Numbered from the stretch's first letter, positions 9,982-20,014 are shown. The stretch is 64,000 nucleotides of DNA from Alphaproteobacteria bacterium (GCA_965237415.1 CBDEFM010000002.1:352001-416000); one strand, 5' to 3'. Notes: generated by a model from the sequence alone, not told the origin. Made by a program: numbers and translations.

Positions 9982-11600
9982 ACCGGCTCTATTTCGGAGA
10001 TTGCTTGACCATTATGGAAGAAATTCCGCTTGGCAGCGTGGATCTGATTTATCTGGACCCGCCGTTCAACTCTAATCGGGATTACAACGCGATTTACAAG
10101 GATGAGACCGGGCGCCCTCTACCCGATCAGATCGAGGCGTTCGGCGATATGTGGGTGCTAGACGAATCGCGCGAGCGCGAACTCCGCACCATGCCAGTCT
10201 TGATGCGCGAAGCGGGAATCGACGACGATTCGGTAGAGTTTTGGCGCCTATGGATGAACGCGCTCCGCAAGACCAATCCGAACCTGCTGGCCTACCTGTC
10301 CTACATGACGCAACGGCTTCTTCCGATGCGTGGCATCCTGAAACCGACCGGCTCGATCTACCTGCACTGCGACCCGACTGCGAGCCACTACATCAAGGTC
10401 ATGATGGACGCAATTTTCGGACATGAAAATTTCCGAAACGAAATTGTCTGGAAGAGAACCTCTACCCATAGCGATAGCAAGACGTGGAGTCGCGTTTCTG
10501 ACTCCATACTTTTCTATTCGAAGGGCAAGCGGTTTATCTGGAACACTCCCCGAGACCCTCACTCAGAGGAATACGTCGCCAGCAAATACAGACACGAAGA
10601 TGGGGATGGTCGGCTCTATCGTCTAGACAACATGACCAGTCCAAATCCAAGACCAAACATGATGTACGAATGGAGGGGGTTTCCGTTCCCTGCAAAGGGT
10701 TGGCGCTATTCAGAAGACAGAATGGCGGAGCTGGATACAGAAGGTCGCATCTGGTATCCGACATTCAAAGGCGGTGGACATGACACCTCTCGGCGCCCGC
10801 AGTTGAAGCGGTATCTGGACGAAATGAAGGGGGGAGTCATGGGAAATGTCTGGTCCGATATCTCTCCCATAAATAGTCAGGCCAAGGAACGGCTGATGTA
10901 TGCGACCCAGAAACCTATTCCTCTTTTAGAGCGGATCATTGGGGCCAGCAGCAATCCTGGAGACATGGTTTTCGATCCGTTTTGCGGGTGTGCAACCACG
11001 TTGGAAGCAGCTCACCTTATGGGCCGCCAGTGGATTGGGATCGACATAGCCATTCACGCCGTCAAGCGTGTGGCCAGTATCCGACTGCGGGACCGCCTTG
11101 GCCTAAAGGAGGGCGAGGATTTCGAGATTGACGGTGTTCCACGCAATTTGGAAGGCGCTCGCGATCTTTGGATCAAGGACAAGTACCATTTCCAGCGATG
11201 GGCCGTAGAGCAGGTAGATGGCTTCGTGACAACCAAGCGCACCGCCGATGGCGGGATCGACGGGCGGCTCTATTTCGGCCTGCCGGATGCTCGCGACCTG
11301 TCGAGCATGGCAATCGAAGTGAAGGGTGGTAAGAACGTCGGGATCAAGGAAGTGCGCGAGCTTCGCGGCGTTCTCGACAACGATCAGGCCGTAACGGCTG
11401 GGCTAATCGTCCTAGACCCCTTCGGTCCGACCAAGGAGCGGAATATCCGTCGCTTCATGGCCCAAGCCGGCGACATGGATGTGATGGGCGTCAAGTATCC
11501 CCGTATGCAGGTGCTGACCGTCGCGGACATTCTTGAAGGCAAGCGGTTCCATACGCCAGGCGTTGCGGGACGAGGGCTCAAGCAACCCGCCTTGCTATAA
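9978..11600 (+). CDS. N4/N6 DNA methyltransferase (beta class) fused to a C-terminal PD-(D/E)xK Mrr-like nuclease domain
   Basis: LIYLDPPFNS (motif IV), YATQKP, DPFCGCATT (motif I); C-terminal DGGIDG..IEVKGG; ATGA overlap with the transposase. Confidence 0.88.
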   Translation: MNRLYFGDCLTIMEEIPLGSVDLIYLDPPFNSNRDYNAIYKDETGRPLPDQIEAFGDMWVLDESRERELRTMPVLMREAGIDDDSVEFWRLWMNALRKTNPNLLAYLSYMTQRLLPMRGILKPTGSIYLHCDPTASHYIKVMMDAIFGHENFRNEIVWKRTSTHSDSKTWSRVSDSILFYSKGKRFIWNTPRDPHSEEYVASKYRHEDGDGRLYRLDNMTSPNPRPNMMYEWRGFPFPAKGWRYSEDRMAELDTEGRIWYPTFKGGGHDTSRRPQLKRYLDEMKGGVMGNVWSDISPINSQAKERLMYATQKPIPLLERIIGASSNPGDMVFDPFCGCATTLEAAHLMGRQWIGIDIAIHAVKRVASIRLRDRLGLKEGEDFEIDGVPRNLEGARDLWIKDKYHFQRWAVEQVDGFVTTKRTADGGIDGRLYFGLPDARDLSSMAIEVKGGKNVGIKEVRELRGVLDNDQAVTAGLIVLDPFGPTKERNIRRFMAQAGDMDVMGVKYPRMQVLTVADILEGKRFHTPGVAGRGLKQPALL

Positions 11601-11705
11601 GTCAGCCCCAAGCCCATAAATTATCATTCCCCTTGAATGACGCGCGATCGAGCCCCGCGAATGGACTCGGCCATTTCGACGCTGCGGGGGCGATGGTCCG
11701 GCGCC

Positions 11706-12419
11706 TCAGTGGAACGTCATCTCAGCGAGCAGCGCGAGCGCGAACCCCAGCACGGCGCCGAGCGGCGGCGCCCAGTGCCGCTCAAGGCGCGCCTGCGGCG
11801 CGATGTCCTGGAACATGAGATAGAGAATGCCGCCGGACGCGAACAGCATGATCCCCCCCAGGATGGCGTCCTGATCCGCAAGCCAGAACCAGCCGATCAG
11901 GCCGCACACGGGGCCGAGGAACGCGAGCATCACCATCAGGCCGAGCACGGACCTGCGCTTGAGGTGCCCAGCGGCGAGCTCGTGCCACGCATTGAACCCC
12001 TCGGGAAGATTCTGCAGCCCGATGAGCAGCGCCAGCAGCACCCCGCCTTCGGGGTTGGCGGCGAACATGCCGCCGAGCGCGAGCGACTCCGGCAGGAAAT
12101 CGGCCGCCATGGCGGTAAACTGAGGTGTCGCCTGCTTCGCCCTCGCCTGGATGCGGTCGATCATCATGAAGACGCCGCCACCGGCCAGCATCAGGCCGGC
12201 CACAGCCAGCGGCTCCGGCAGGCGCTCGGCCCCTTCGGGGACCAGCACCAGGGCGACCGCGCCGACCAGCACGCCGCCGCCGAAGGCGATCACGAAATGA
12301 CGAAACTCCTGCTCAAGCCACTGGGAGCGGATGTGTTCGATGTGCGCGAGCCCGGCGCCGATCGGTATGCAGGCACCGGCGAGCGTGGTCCACAGCAGCA
12401 TCTCGACGAATGGGTCCAT
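11706..12419 (-). CDS. ZIP-family (ZupT-like) divalent metal transporter
   Basis: IAFGGGVL, DFLPESLALG, IGLQNLPEGF, ASGGILYL; multi-pass hydrophobic. Confidence 0.88.
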   Translation of the reverse strand: MDPFVEMLLWTTLAGACIPIGAGLAHIEHIRSQWLEQEFRHFVIAFGGGVLVGAVALVLVPEGAERLPEPLAVAGLMLAGGGVFMMIDRIQARAKQATPQFTAMAADFLPESLALGGMFAANPEGGVLLALLIGLQNLPEGFNAWHELAAGHLKRRSVLGLMVMLAFLGPVCGLIGWFWLADQDAILGGIMLFASGGILYLMFQDIAPQARLERHWAPPLGAVLGFALALLAEMTFH

Positions 12420-12679
12420 CGCGTGACCAATCGGCATTCGGGAAGATCGCGCAGCATAGACGGAAATAATCGGGACAACGCTGCCACGTCACGGCGACGT
12501 TCTCGAAGGGACGACCGGTCAAGATATCGCCGGCGCCACCCGCCCGCTCTACCCGCCTCTGCGGTCACACTATTCCCGGTACCGCAGATACGCGAGCTAA
12601 TACAAGAGCACGCCGCGGAAAGGGGCGTGCCTTCGTCCCTGCGCCTATACCGGATGGAACGGCGGGATATCGGAGAACG

Positions 12680-15067
12680 CTATGCCTCCGCCCTCGGCCG
12701 CGACATCTGCCAATGGGCCAGCGCCTTCTCCCGAGCCAGGCGGAGCAGGGTGCCCTCGGCGTAGCCGCTTTCCGCATCGTGATCGCCCGCAGGCATTCCC
12801 GTGAAGAGCGTCAGCGCCTCGTGGATGGTCGCCACCGCATAGACGCAGAAGTCTCCCGCCGCGCACGCCTCCGAGACGTCCTCGCTCAGCATCAGGTCCC
12901 CGGCATTCGCGTCAGGGATGATCGCGCCCTGAGTTCCGGTGAGTCCGTCCGCCTTGCAGACCGCGAAGAAGCCCTCGACCTTCTCCGTCACCGCGCCGAT
13001 CGCCTGAACATGCCCGAGCTGGTCGATCGCGCCGGTCATCGCGAGGTCCTGGCGGAGCGGCACGCCCGTGAGCGCGCTCAGGAGGCAGCATATCTCCGCA
13101 CCTGAGGCCGAATCGCCGTCGATCCCGCCGTAGCTCTGCTCGAAGGCGACCGAGGCCGAGAAGGCGAGCGGATGATCGGTCTTGAGCAGGTGGCGCATGA
13201 GGCCGCCCAGGATGTAGAAGCCCTTGGTGTGGATGGCGCCGGAGAGCTCCGCTTCGCGTTCGATGTCGACCATGCCGGCGCTTCCCGGGGCCACGGTCGC
13301 GGTGATCCGCTGCGGAAAGCCGTAGGTCAAGGGGCCCGCGCTGACCACTGCGAGCCCGTTGACCTGGCCAACTTCGGTTCCCGTCGTTCTAACGCCGATC
13401 TTGCCCTCGGCGATCATCTGGCGGAAGCGACGGGCCGGCAGGTCGGCGCGCCGTCGCCCACGGCGGATCGCCTCGCTCACGTCGGTCCCTGCCACTGCGC
13501 TGCGCTTGGCCTTGCCGGCGAGGAACGCGGCCTCCCGGGCAACGTCGGCGAGGCGACCGAAACGCGTCGTCAGCCGGTCGCGCCGGCCAGCGACGCGGGC
13601 ACCGTGATCGGTCAGCGCCACCACGGCATCACGCGCGAACGGCACGAGCGCCTCGTCGCGAGCGATTCGCGAAATCACGCCGGCGTAATAGCCGACCCCC
13701 GCCTCGTCGCGCGGGATGGTGGTCTCGAAATCGGCCAGCACCTTGAACAACTGCCCGAAATCCGGGTCGGTGGCGCTGAGGAGCTCGTAGAGGCCGCCGT
13801 CGCCGATCAGCACCACCTTGACGTTGATCGGGATCGGGTCGGGCTTGAGGAACGGCGCGCCGAAGGGGGAGGCGGCCTCGGCCGGGACGATCTCCAGCAT
13901 GCCCGACCGCAGGCTGCGCAACAGCACCTTCCAGGCGCCGGGCTCGGCAAGCACGTCGCGCGCCTCCAAAATCAGGAAGCCGCCGTCTGCCTGGAGCAGC
14001 GATCCCCCCTGTATCGTCAGGTGGTCTGCGTGCGGGCGGCCCTCGGCCACGAAATCGCGCTCGATCTCGCCGAGGAGATTCCTGAGCGAGGGCGTGCGCT
14101 CGATCACGATCGGACAGCCGGCTGCGGCGTCGTGCTCAAGGATCAGGTTCACCCGATATCTGCGGGTCGCGGCCTTGATCTGGTCGAGGGCACCGAGCCT
14201 TTGCACCAGATCGGCGACCACGTCGGCGAGGAAGTCGCGCACCGCCGGCACGTCGAACGCGGACTCGATCGTATCGATGTGGTGGCCGAGAGCGCGGCGG
14301 GTCTCGGACTCCAGCAGCGCACGCAGCTTCGCCCGATGGTCCGATCGGACTTCGCCGATCTTGTGGCCAAGTTCCTCGAATTCGAGTGCGAACGCACCGA
14401 TACGTTCGCGAACGCGCTCGATCGTTTCAGGTTCGATCTTGCCTTGGGTGCCAAGCGCCTCGAGCTGCTGAAGCGGAACCGCCTCGCCGTCCACGACCGG
14501 CAGGATGTCGGTCTGCACGCCGCCGGTCACCGCGCGCGTGACCAGCGCGAGGCCGTTGGCACGCAGCTCCTCTTCGAACGGTGCGCCGAGCTCTCGCATC
14601 GATTGCTGGGCGCTCTTGTCGAGCGCCGCGCGCCTAGCACGGACGGACTCCGCATTCAGGACCTGGGCCAGTTCCTCTTCGACGAACTCGATCAGACGAT
14701 CGACGCCGCCGCTGAAGTCGCGTCCGCTCCCGCGCGGAAGGGTAATCAGTCGCGGCCGGCCGGGCTGGGCAAAGTTGTGGACATAGCATCGGTCTTCCGC
14801 CAGAGGGCAGCCGGGGCTGATGTCTTCCAGCAATTGGCGAACCAGGCTCTTTCGACCGGTGCCTGCGATGCCGCGCACATAGATATTCTGGCCTGGCGCG
14901 AAGACTTCGAGTCCGTAGCGCAGCGCCTCGATCGCGTCGTCCTGGCCAACGACGCCAGTGATGGGCTCGATCTCGTCGGTGGTCCCGAACTGCGGCAGCA
15001 GCGACTCGCAGCACCAGCGTAGCGCGTCTGCGCCGAGCGGCTTGCCTGTGCTGAATCCAGAAACCAC
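12680..15067 (-). CDS. Lon-like ATP-dependent protease (S16, LonB/AAA_32 type)
   Basis: GIAGTGRKS Walker A-like, DRCYVHNF, GQVNGL, DIEREAELSG, FEQSYGGIDGDSAS (Ser), IGAVTEKVEGF (Lys). Confidence 0.92.
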   Translation of the reverse strand: MVSGFSTGKPLGADALRWCCESLLPQFGTTDEIEPITGVVGQDDAIEALRYGLEVFAPGQNIYVRGIAGTGRKSLVRQLLEDISPGCPLAEDRCYVHNFAQPGRPRLITLPRGSGRDFSGGVDRLIEFVEEELAQVLNAESVRARRAALDKSAQQSMRELGAPFEEELRANGLALVTRAVTGGVQTDILPVVDGEAVPLQQLEALGTQGKIEPETIERVRERIGAFALEFEELGHKIGEVRSDHRAKLRALLESETRRALGHHIDTIESAFDVPAVRDFLADVVADLVQRLGALDQIKAATRRYRVNLILEHDAAAGCPIVIERTPSLRNLLGEIERDFVAEGRPHADHLTIQGGSLLQADGGFLILEARDVLAEPGAWKVLLRSLRSGMLEIVPAEAASPFGAPFLKPDPIPINVKVVLIGDGGLYELLSATDPDFGQLFKVLADFETTIPRDEAGVGYYAGVISRIARDEALVPFARDAVVALTDHGARVAGRRDRLTTRFGRLADVAREAAFLAGKAKRSAVAGTDVSEAIRRGRRRADLPARRFRQMIAEGKIGVRTTGTEVGQVNGLAVVSAGPLTYGFPQRITATVAPGSAGMVDIEREAELSGAIHTKGFYILGGLMRHLLKTDHPLAFSASVAFEQSYGGIDGDSASGAEICCLLSALTGVPLRQDLAMTGAIDQLGHVQAIGAVTEKVEGFFAVCKADGLTGTQGAIIPDANAGDLMLSEDVSEACAAGDFCVYAVATIHEALTLFTGMPAGDHDAESGYAEGTLLRLAREKALAHWQMSRPRAEA

Positions 15068-15159
15068 GGCTCACCTCATTCGCGACCGTTCCATATGGAT
15101 GCTTCCATATGGACGTACGTGGACGCCCCCTTCCGATGCAAGCGATTTTCGGTCAGATA

Positions 15160-15295
15160 GGTTTGGCATAGGGCGCACCTGGCTGTTCGCGGGCTCCAAG
15201 CGCGGCGGCGAGCAGGCCGTTGCAACGTACAGTCTCATCGGCACCGCCAAGCTGAGCGACGTCGACCCGCAGGCGTGGCTCGCCGACGTCCTCCA
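15160..15295 (+). pseudogene. IS66 transposase (TnpC) C-terminal remnant
   Basis: GRTWLFAGSKRGGEQAVATYSLIGTAKLSDVDPQAWLADVL. Confidence 0.8.
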
Positions 15296-15449
15296 CCGGC
15301 GCCCTGTCGCTAGCAAGTGTATTTGTCCGGTTTTCGTAGCACATCATATGTCCGCTTCTGTTGTTGCGGTTGGCCCTGTGGGGAAGTGGTCAGGCGCGGA
15401 GCGGCTGTCCACTTGTCCACAGGGCGCCGGCCGGTCGCGTCGAAGCGTC

Positions 15450-16634
15450 TCACGCGGCCTGCCGGGTTGGGGTTTCGATGGGCTCGCCGTTGGCGGTGTA
15501 GCGGGCGAGGCATCGGGGCCCGTGGAAGAGGGCGAGGGTTCCGTCCGGATACTCGTGGACCCGGACCGTGGCCTTGACGTAGTGGTGTCTGGCCGGGGTG
15601 GCGGGGATCTGGAGGACGCGCCTTTCGTAGCGCACGGTGTTGTCGCGGGCGACCGTGCGGTCTGTGCGGCGACAGAGGATGTCGTCGATCTGGCCGGGGT
15701 GTTCGAGGGGCACGAAGGCGCTGTCTTCGAGTTCGGGCTGGGTGGTGAAGCGGCGATTGTGGTCGGGCAGGTAGGTGTCTGCGATGAAGCGGTCGGCGGC
15801 TTCGACCGTCGCGATCCCCGCCAACGCCAGTTCCTTGACGAGGCGGTCCTGGAGGGTGCCGAAGGCGCGCTCGGAGCGGCCGCGGGCCTCGGGCGAATAG
15901 GCAGCGATGTGCTCGATGCCGAGCTGATGGAGGGCGCGGCCGACCTGGGTGTGTTGATCCTTGGCGACCTTGCCGCCTGCCTCGGGGGTGTGGAAGTAGT
16001 GGCTGCCACGGTCGGTGTAGAGGCTGCTGGGCATCCCCTTGTCGGTGAACACCTGCTTCAGCGCCCGGAAGGTGGACGCGGTGCCTTCCTCCTCGACCAG
16101 GAAGGCCGAATAGATCTCTGAGGTGGCGTCGTCCATGGTGACGATCAGGTCGCACGCCGCCTGGCCGGCCAGCCACTCATGGCGTGAGCCGTCCTGATGG
16201 AGCATCATGCCGACGCAGGGCTTGCGCGGGCGCCGGCGACGGTGGGCGCCGCGCCTGGGTGCCTTGGACACCAGGCCTGCGCGCTGCAAGGTGGTCTTGG
16301 TCCAGGTGTAGCTCCAGGCGAAGCCATGGTGGGCGCAGAGATGGTCGTGGAAGTGCTTGACCGTCCAGCCCGTATGGCGGGTTCGGTACTGCTCGAGCAC
16401 CCATTCGATCCGGTCGGCCGGCACGCGGCGCGCGGACGCCTTGTCGAGCCTTCGGTCGAACAATCCGTCCAGGCCATCGTCCTCGTAGCGGCGCCGGTAG
16501 CGGCGGAAGCTGCGCTCGCTCATCCCCAGCATCTCCGCCGCCTCCAGCGCAGACAGGCGTCGTGCCTGCCAGTGCCCCAGCACATTCTGAAACGTCTGCA
16601 TCCTGCGTTCCTGTAGCAACGTCGTCCGGCTCAT
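15450..16634 (-). CDS. ISNCY/IS1202-type DDE transposase
   Basis: N-terminal HTH; LHQDGSRH, MDDATS, YTDRGSHY, PEARGRSERAFGTLQDRL. Confidence 0.92.
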   Translation of the reverse strand: MSRTTLLQERRMQTFQNVLGHWQARRLSALEAAEMLGMSERSFRRYRRRYEDDGLDGLFDRRLDKASARRVPADRIEWVLEQYRTRHTGWTVKHFHDHLCAHHGFAWSYTWTKTTLQRAGLVSKAPRRGAHRRRRPRKPCVGMMLHQDGSRHEWLAGQAACDLIVTMDDATSEIYSAFLVEEEGTASTFRALKQVFTDKGMPSSLYTDRGSHYFHTPEAGGKVAKDQHTQVGRALHQLGIEHIAAYSPEARGRSERAFGTLQDRLVKELALAGIATVEAADRFIADTYLPDHNRRFTTQPELEDSAFVPLEHPGQIDDILCRRTDRTVARDNTVRYERRVLQIPATPARHHYVKATVRVHEYPDGTLALFHGPRCLARYTANGEPIETPTRQAA

Positions 16635-16707
16635 CGCGGTCCCTCCCCACGGAGAGACCAAACCGGACAACTCGTGTGCTACCTAAACCGGACACATCAT
16701 GTGCTAG

Positions 16708-16832
16708 TCACCTGACACTGAAGTTGAGATCATTTTCAATTGGCAGTGTCGTCACACTAAGTCGCTCTATTGTCGAAGAATGTGGTCGTGCAATATAGTT
16801 GTCTTTATGTGGCGAACTTCAGATTCAGGTGA
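16708..16832. mobile_element. 125-bp MITE inserted at CTAG inside the IS left TIR
   Basis: TIRs tcacctgacactgaagtt / aacttcagattcaggtga (16/18 match); ctag duplicated at 16704-16707 and 16833-16836; removal restores gtgctagcgaca. Confidence 0.85.
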
Positions 16833-17086
16833 CTAGCGACACGTCCTCCACCGGCGCCCTTGCAGGCAGACGCGGACATGCTACGGTCACGGCGTCGCTG
16901 CGGAGGAGCAGCCCTCCCCCTCAGATCCGTCCGCCAGAGCGGGGTCCCGCGCACGTTCCTTGGGCGGGCGCGCACCAAAGCCATGAGGGGCAGAAGAGGA
17001 GGGCTGTCGTCCGAGACAATATCGGCGGACGAGCCGTATGACTCATCAACTTGCGCGAAGGCATCGCACCGAGTGAGCGGCATCAG

Positions 17087-17731
17087 ATGACGTCTTCGTA
17101 TTCATCTGGCGAGAAGATTGCGGACACGGCGGTCCATGCGGCCTCAATCGCCGCAAGCATCGCGGGACTGACGATGCTGGTGATCGTCGGCAGCCGTTAC
17201 GCCGGTGCCCTTCCGGTTACAAGCTATGCGATCTACGGCGGCTCGATGCTCCTGATGATCACGATCTCGGGCCTCTACCATTGGATCACTCACGCGTCCT
17301 TCAAAGCCGTTTTGCGCGTGATGGATCACTGCGCGATCTACTTTCTTATTGCCGGCACCTATACCCCGGTGACGCTGCTCAGCTTGCGAGGCGCCTGGGG
17401 CTGGACACTGTTCGGCGTTGTATGGGGTATCGCCATCGCGGGCGTATTGGTGAAGACGCTTGCCGTCGGCCGTTTTGAACGCTTGTCGATAGGCCTCTAC
17501 ATGCTGCTCGGCTGGGTCGGCCTGATCGGCCTGGGGCCGTTGATCGAGCATCTCTCATGGCCCGCTCTTGCACTATTCGGCAGCGGCGGCGTGCTATTCA
17601 GTATAGGGGTATTGCTATTCTATCGGTGGCGCAGGCTGCCCTATCATAACTTTATATGGCATTTGTTTGTCTTGGCGGGTGCGATGACGCATTACTTCGC
17701 AGTTATCTTCTTCGTGCGCCCCGCAGTCTGA
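17087..17731 (+). CDS. Hemolysin III / PAQR family membrane protein
   Basis: EKIADTAVH, SGLYH, DHCAIYFLIAGTYTP, HNFIWHLFVLAG..HY. Confidence 0.92.
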   Translation: MTSSYSSGEKIADTAVHAASIAASIAGLTMLVIVGSRYAGALPVTSYAIYGGSMLLMITISGLYHWITHASFKAVLRVMDHCAIYFLIAGTYTPVTLLSLRGAWGWTLFGVVWGIAIAGVLVKTLAVGRFERLSIGLYMLLGWVGLIGLGPLIEHLSWPALALFGSGGVLFSIGVLLFYRWRRLPYHNFIWHLFVLAGAMTHYFAVIFFVRPAV

Positions 17732-17944
17732 GTTACGGAACGCGGGTCTCGTCGGGGATACGATATCGAAGCAGTAATCTGGAAAGGTCGCCGTACTCGG
17801 ATGCGCATAGCCAGAAGCGGCGAGCGCAGCGCGGGCAGCGGGAGACGCCCTGAGAAGGTCGCCTATGGCGTTTCTTCATTCCAGCGGTCCAGGGCCATCG
17901 TCGAAGCGGCCCACGAAATGGTGGGCGTGGATTCCACGGGAGAG

Positions 17945-18200
17945 ATGTTCGCTGGAGGAGATCGTCACAAAGCTCCGACACGTCGAATTGACGACGACCG
18001 AGCGCAAGGCGATCGCAGTTGCGGTGAAGACGATCGGCGTCACCGAGACCACGCTCTATCGTTGGCCCTCCGAGTATGGCGGCCTGAACACCGATCGGGT
18101 GACGCGGTTCCGCAGCGCTCAAGAGAGCAAATGCTCGATTTCGCAGCGTGATCATGGAGCTGACATTCTAAAACTGATCTTCAAGGAGGCGGCGGAAGGA
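17945..18200 (+). pseudogene. IS3-family OrfA remnant
   Basis: EEIVTKLRHVE..AVKTIGVTETTLYRW..EYGGL..ILK..EAAEG. Confidence 0.7.
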
Positions 18201-18248
18201 CATACAAGCGATCACATTCAGCCCAATACCTAACTTGATTGTCGGCAT

Positions 18249-19373
18249 TTACGGTTGCTGGGCGTGTTCGTGCCCACACCAGCTTTGTGCTTCAGTAAAT
18301 ATGCGGGTAACTTCCGGATATGCACCCTTTATCTCTGCCTCAAGCTCCGAGATTGTGCGTTCAACACCTGCCGAGTTGAGTCTGTCATGAAAATCCAGGC
18401 TCAAATTCAGCAGCACGTCTTGTGGCCCCAAATGCATCGTCAACAATTCGTTTACGCGCTCAACTCCTCGCTTGTTCTGGACAATCGATTTCCTGCTTAT
18501 CCACGAAAGTCCGCTCACCGATGCCTTGTTCCTGCTCGTGTCTAAGTCCGACGAGGTCACAACGACGTAGGCGGGAGTTGCACGGTGCGGACTCGGTTAT
18601 GGCACAGCGACTGGAAACCGCGATGGCTCATACGTTGCGTCTCGGCAGCCTTGCTGAGCTTCATGGATAAGCAGGATCGATTTTACACCGGCCACGAGTA
18701 CCGGACTAACGGCTTCGCCGATCAACAGGCCCTTGCTTTCGTACGCGAGCAAGACAGCGGTGAGCCCCAGAATGCAACCAATAACGATAGAGGCGACACC
18801 GTCCAACATGGGTATTTGCAGGTAGTCCGATAACGCCACGCCCAGGAAGGCGACCAGAAGACCGAGCATGGCTGCACCGTCCTCAAACAGCACCGTGAAG
18901 ATCGTCGGATCCTTGCTGGCACGAACTGCAGCAAAGTAGCCGAGGGGTCCTTTCAAGCGGCGAAATTCACGAAAGGCGACCCACCAGGCACCACCCTCAA
19001 AAACGAGAGCAAGCCCCAGGACCACGTAGTTGATCTCTGGATTTACGATTGGGTGAGGCTCAATGATCTTCGCAATACCCTCGTACAACGAAAGACCCGC
19101 GCCAACGGCAAAAATGAGAATAGCGACAACAAAGGTCCAAAAATACAGTTCCATACCGTAGCCGAACGGGTGTTCCGCATCAGCCGGCCGACTGGCCTGT
19201 TTCATGCCGTGAAGAAGAAAAACCTGGTTGCCGGTGTCGACAACTGAATGGATTGCCTCGCTGAGCATGGCAGAGCTGCCGGTCATTGCCGCTGCAATGA
19301 ATTTTTTAATGGCTATCAAAGCGTTGCCAGCCAGGGCAGTATAGATCACCTTCTTCGAGGCATGTGTGGCCAT
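18249..19373 (-). pseudogene. Cation diffusion facilitator transporter interrupted by a MITE
   Basis: SSAMLSEAIHSVVDTGNQ, HPFGYG, FEDGAA..GEAVSP then LLTMHLGP..SLDF after the insertion; both parts are in the same frame. Confidence 0.88.
18492..18675. mobile_element. 184-bp MITE, IS1595 family (ISSod11-group-like ends)
   Basis: TIRs cctgcttatccacgaa / ttcatggataagcagg; 8-bp TSD atcgattt (18484-18491, 18676-18683). Confidence 0.88.
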
Positions 19374-20014
19374 AAGGCAGCTCCACACTATTGGGTAGTT
19401 GTTGCCTATCGCGTCAAAATGCGGTCGCTATACTGGGATTAGAGACTCGAATTCCCGAGAAACGGAATGGCCGAATGTGCTTCCAGGAGTCTGTTGGAGT
19501 GAAGAGCATATACGTATCGGTGCAGCCGCTCAGATAGAGCGGAATAGCACTGGTGACGACGAACCCATTGACCCCAGGGCTTTCCTCTCCGGTGTGGTGG
19601 CGTTCGCAAGCGGTGAGATCAGCATCGAGATCGTTAGGGAAGCGTTCGCTACGTCAGGGCTCGCCTGCTCCAGAGCCAGCCGGCGGTTGCCGCGGGTGTG
19701 CAGGCGGTTGTCGTTGAGGATCTGCTCGACCGCTCCTGCCGACCCTCCAAGGCTATCATGGCCTCGAACCGGTTGTAATCGTCAGCTGATGGGGTTCCTG
19801 CCGTGTCGACGGTGCGCCTCAGCAGTATTGCCCGACTCCCGAACCAGCTCGAACACGCTCCTGGCCCGGCCTACTCATGCTGCGTTGCCTTCGGCGGTCA
19901 CGATGGCGCGGCGTGAGTTTTTCCCCTGACGCCGTCTGGCATCTGGTTTGAGTTTTGTTGTGGCAGGTGTTGGTGGTTGAGAGAGTTCGGGTTTGCGGGG
20001 CGCGGGGCGCCCCG

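Larger units (their letters stand above)
9037..11630 (+). mobile_element. IS1595-family transporter IS with DNA methyltransferase passenger
   Basis: 22-bp TIRs ggaatgataagttatgggcttg (9037-9058) / caagcccataaattatcattcc (11609-11630), one mismatch, enclosing transposase and MTase; no clean TSD. Confidence 0.85.
15305..16841 (-). mobile_element. IS1202/ISNCY insertion sequence, copy 2 (left TIR split by a MITE)
   Basis: Same ends as copy 1; 18-bp TSD cgtcctccaccggcgccc at 15287-15304 and 16842-16859. Confidence 0.9.

Noticed and set aside
9027-11640. 8-bp TSD for the IS1595 element
   Set aside because: The flanks (catgaaaa versus cttgaatg) match only partly, so no TSD is claimed
13172-15022. 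Long antisense and alternate-frame ORFs (also 37768-39783, 39768-41432, 44917-46665, 52516-53967 and others)
   Set aside because: They overlap well-supported genes and are typical high-GC shadow ORFs
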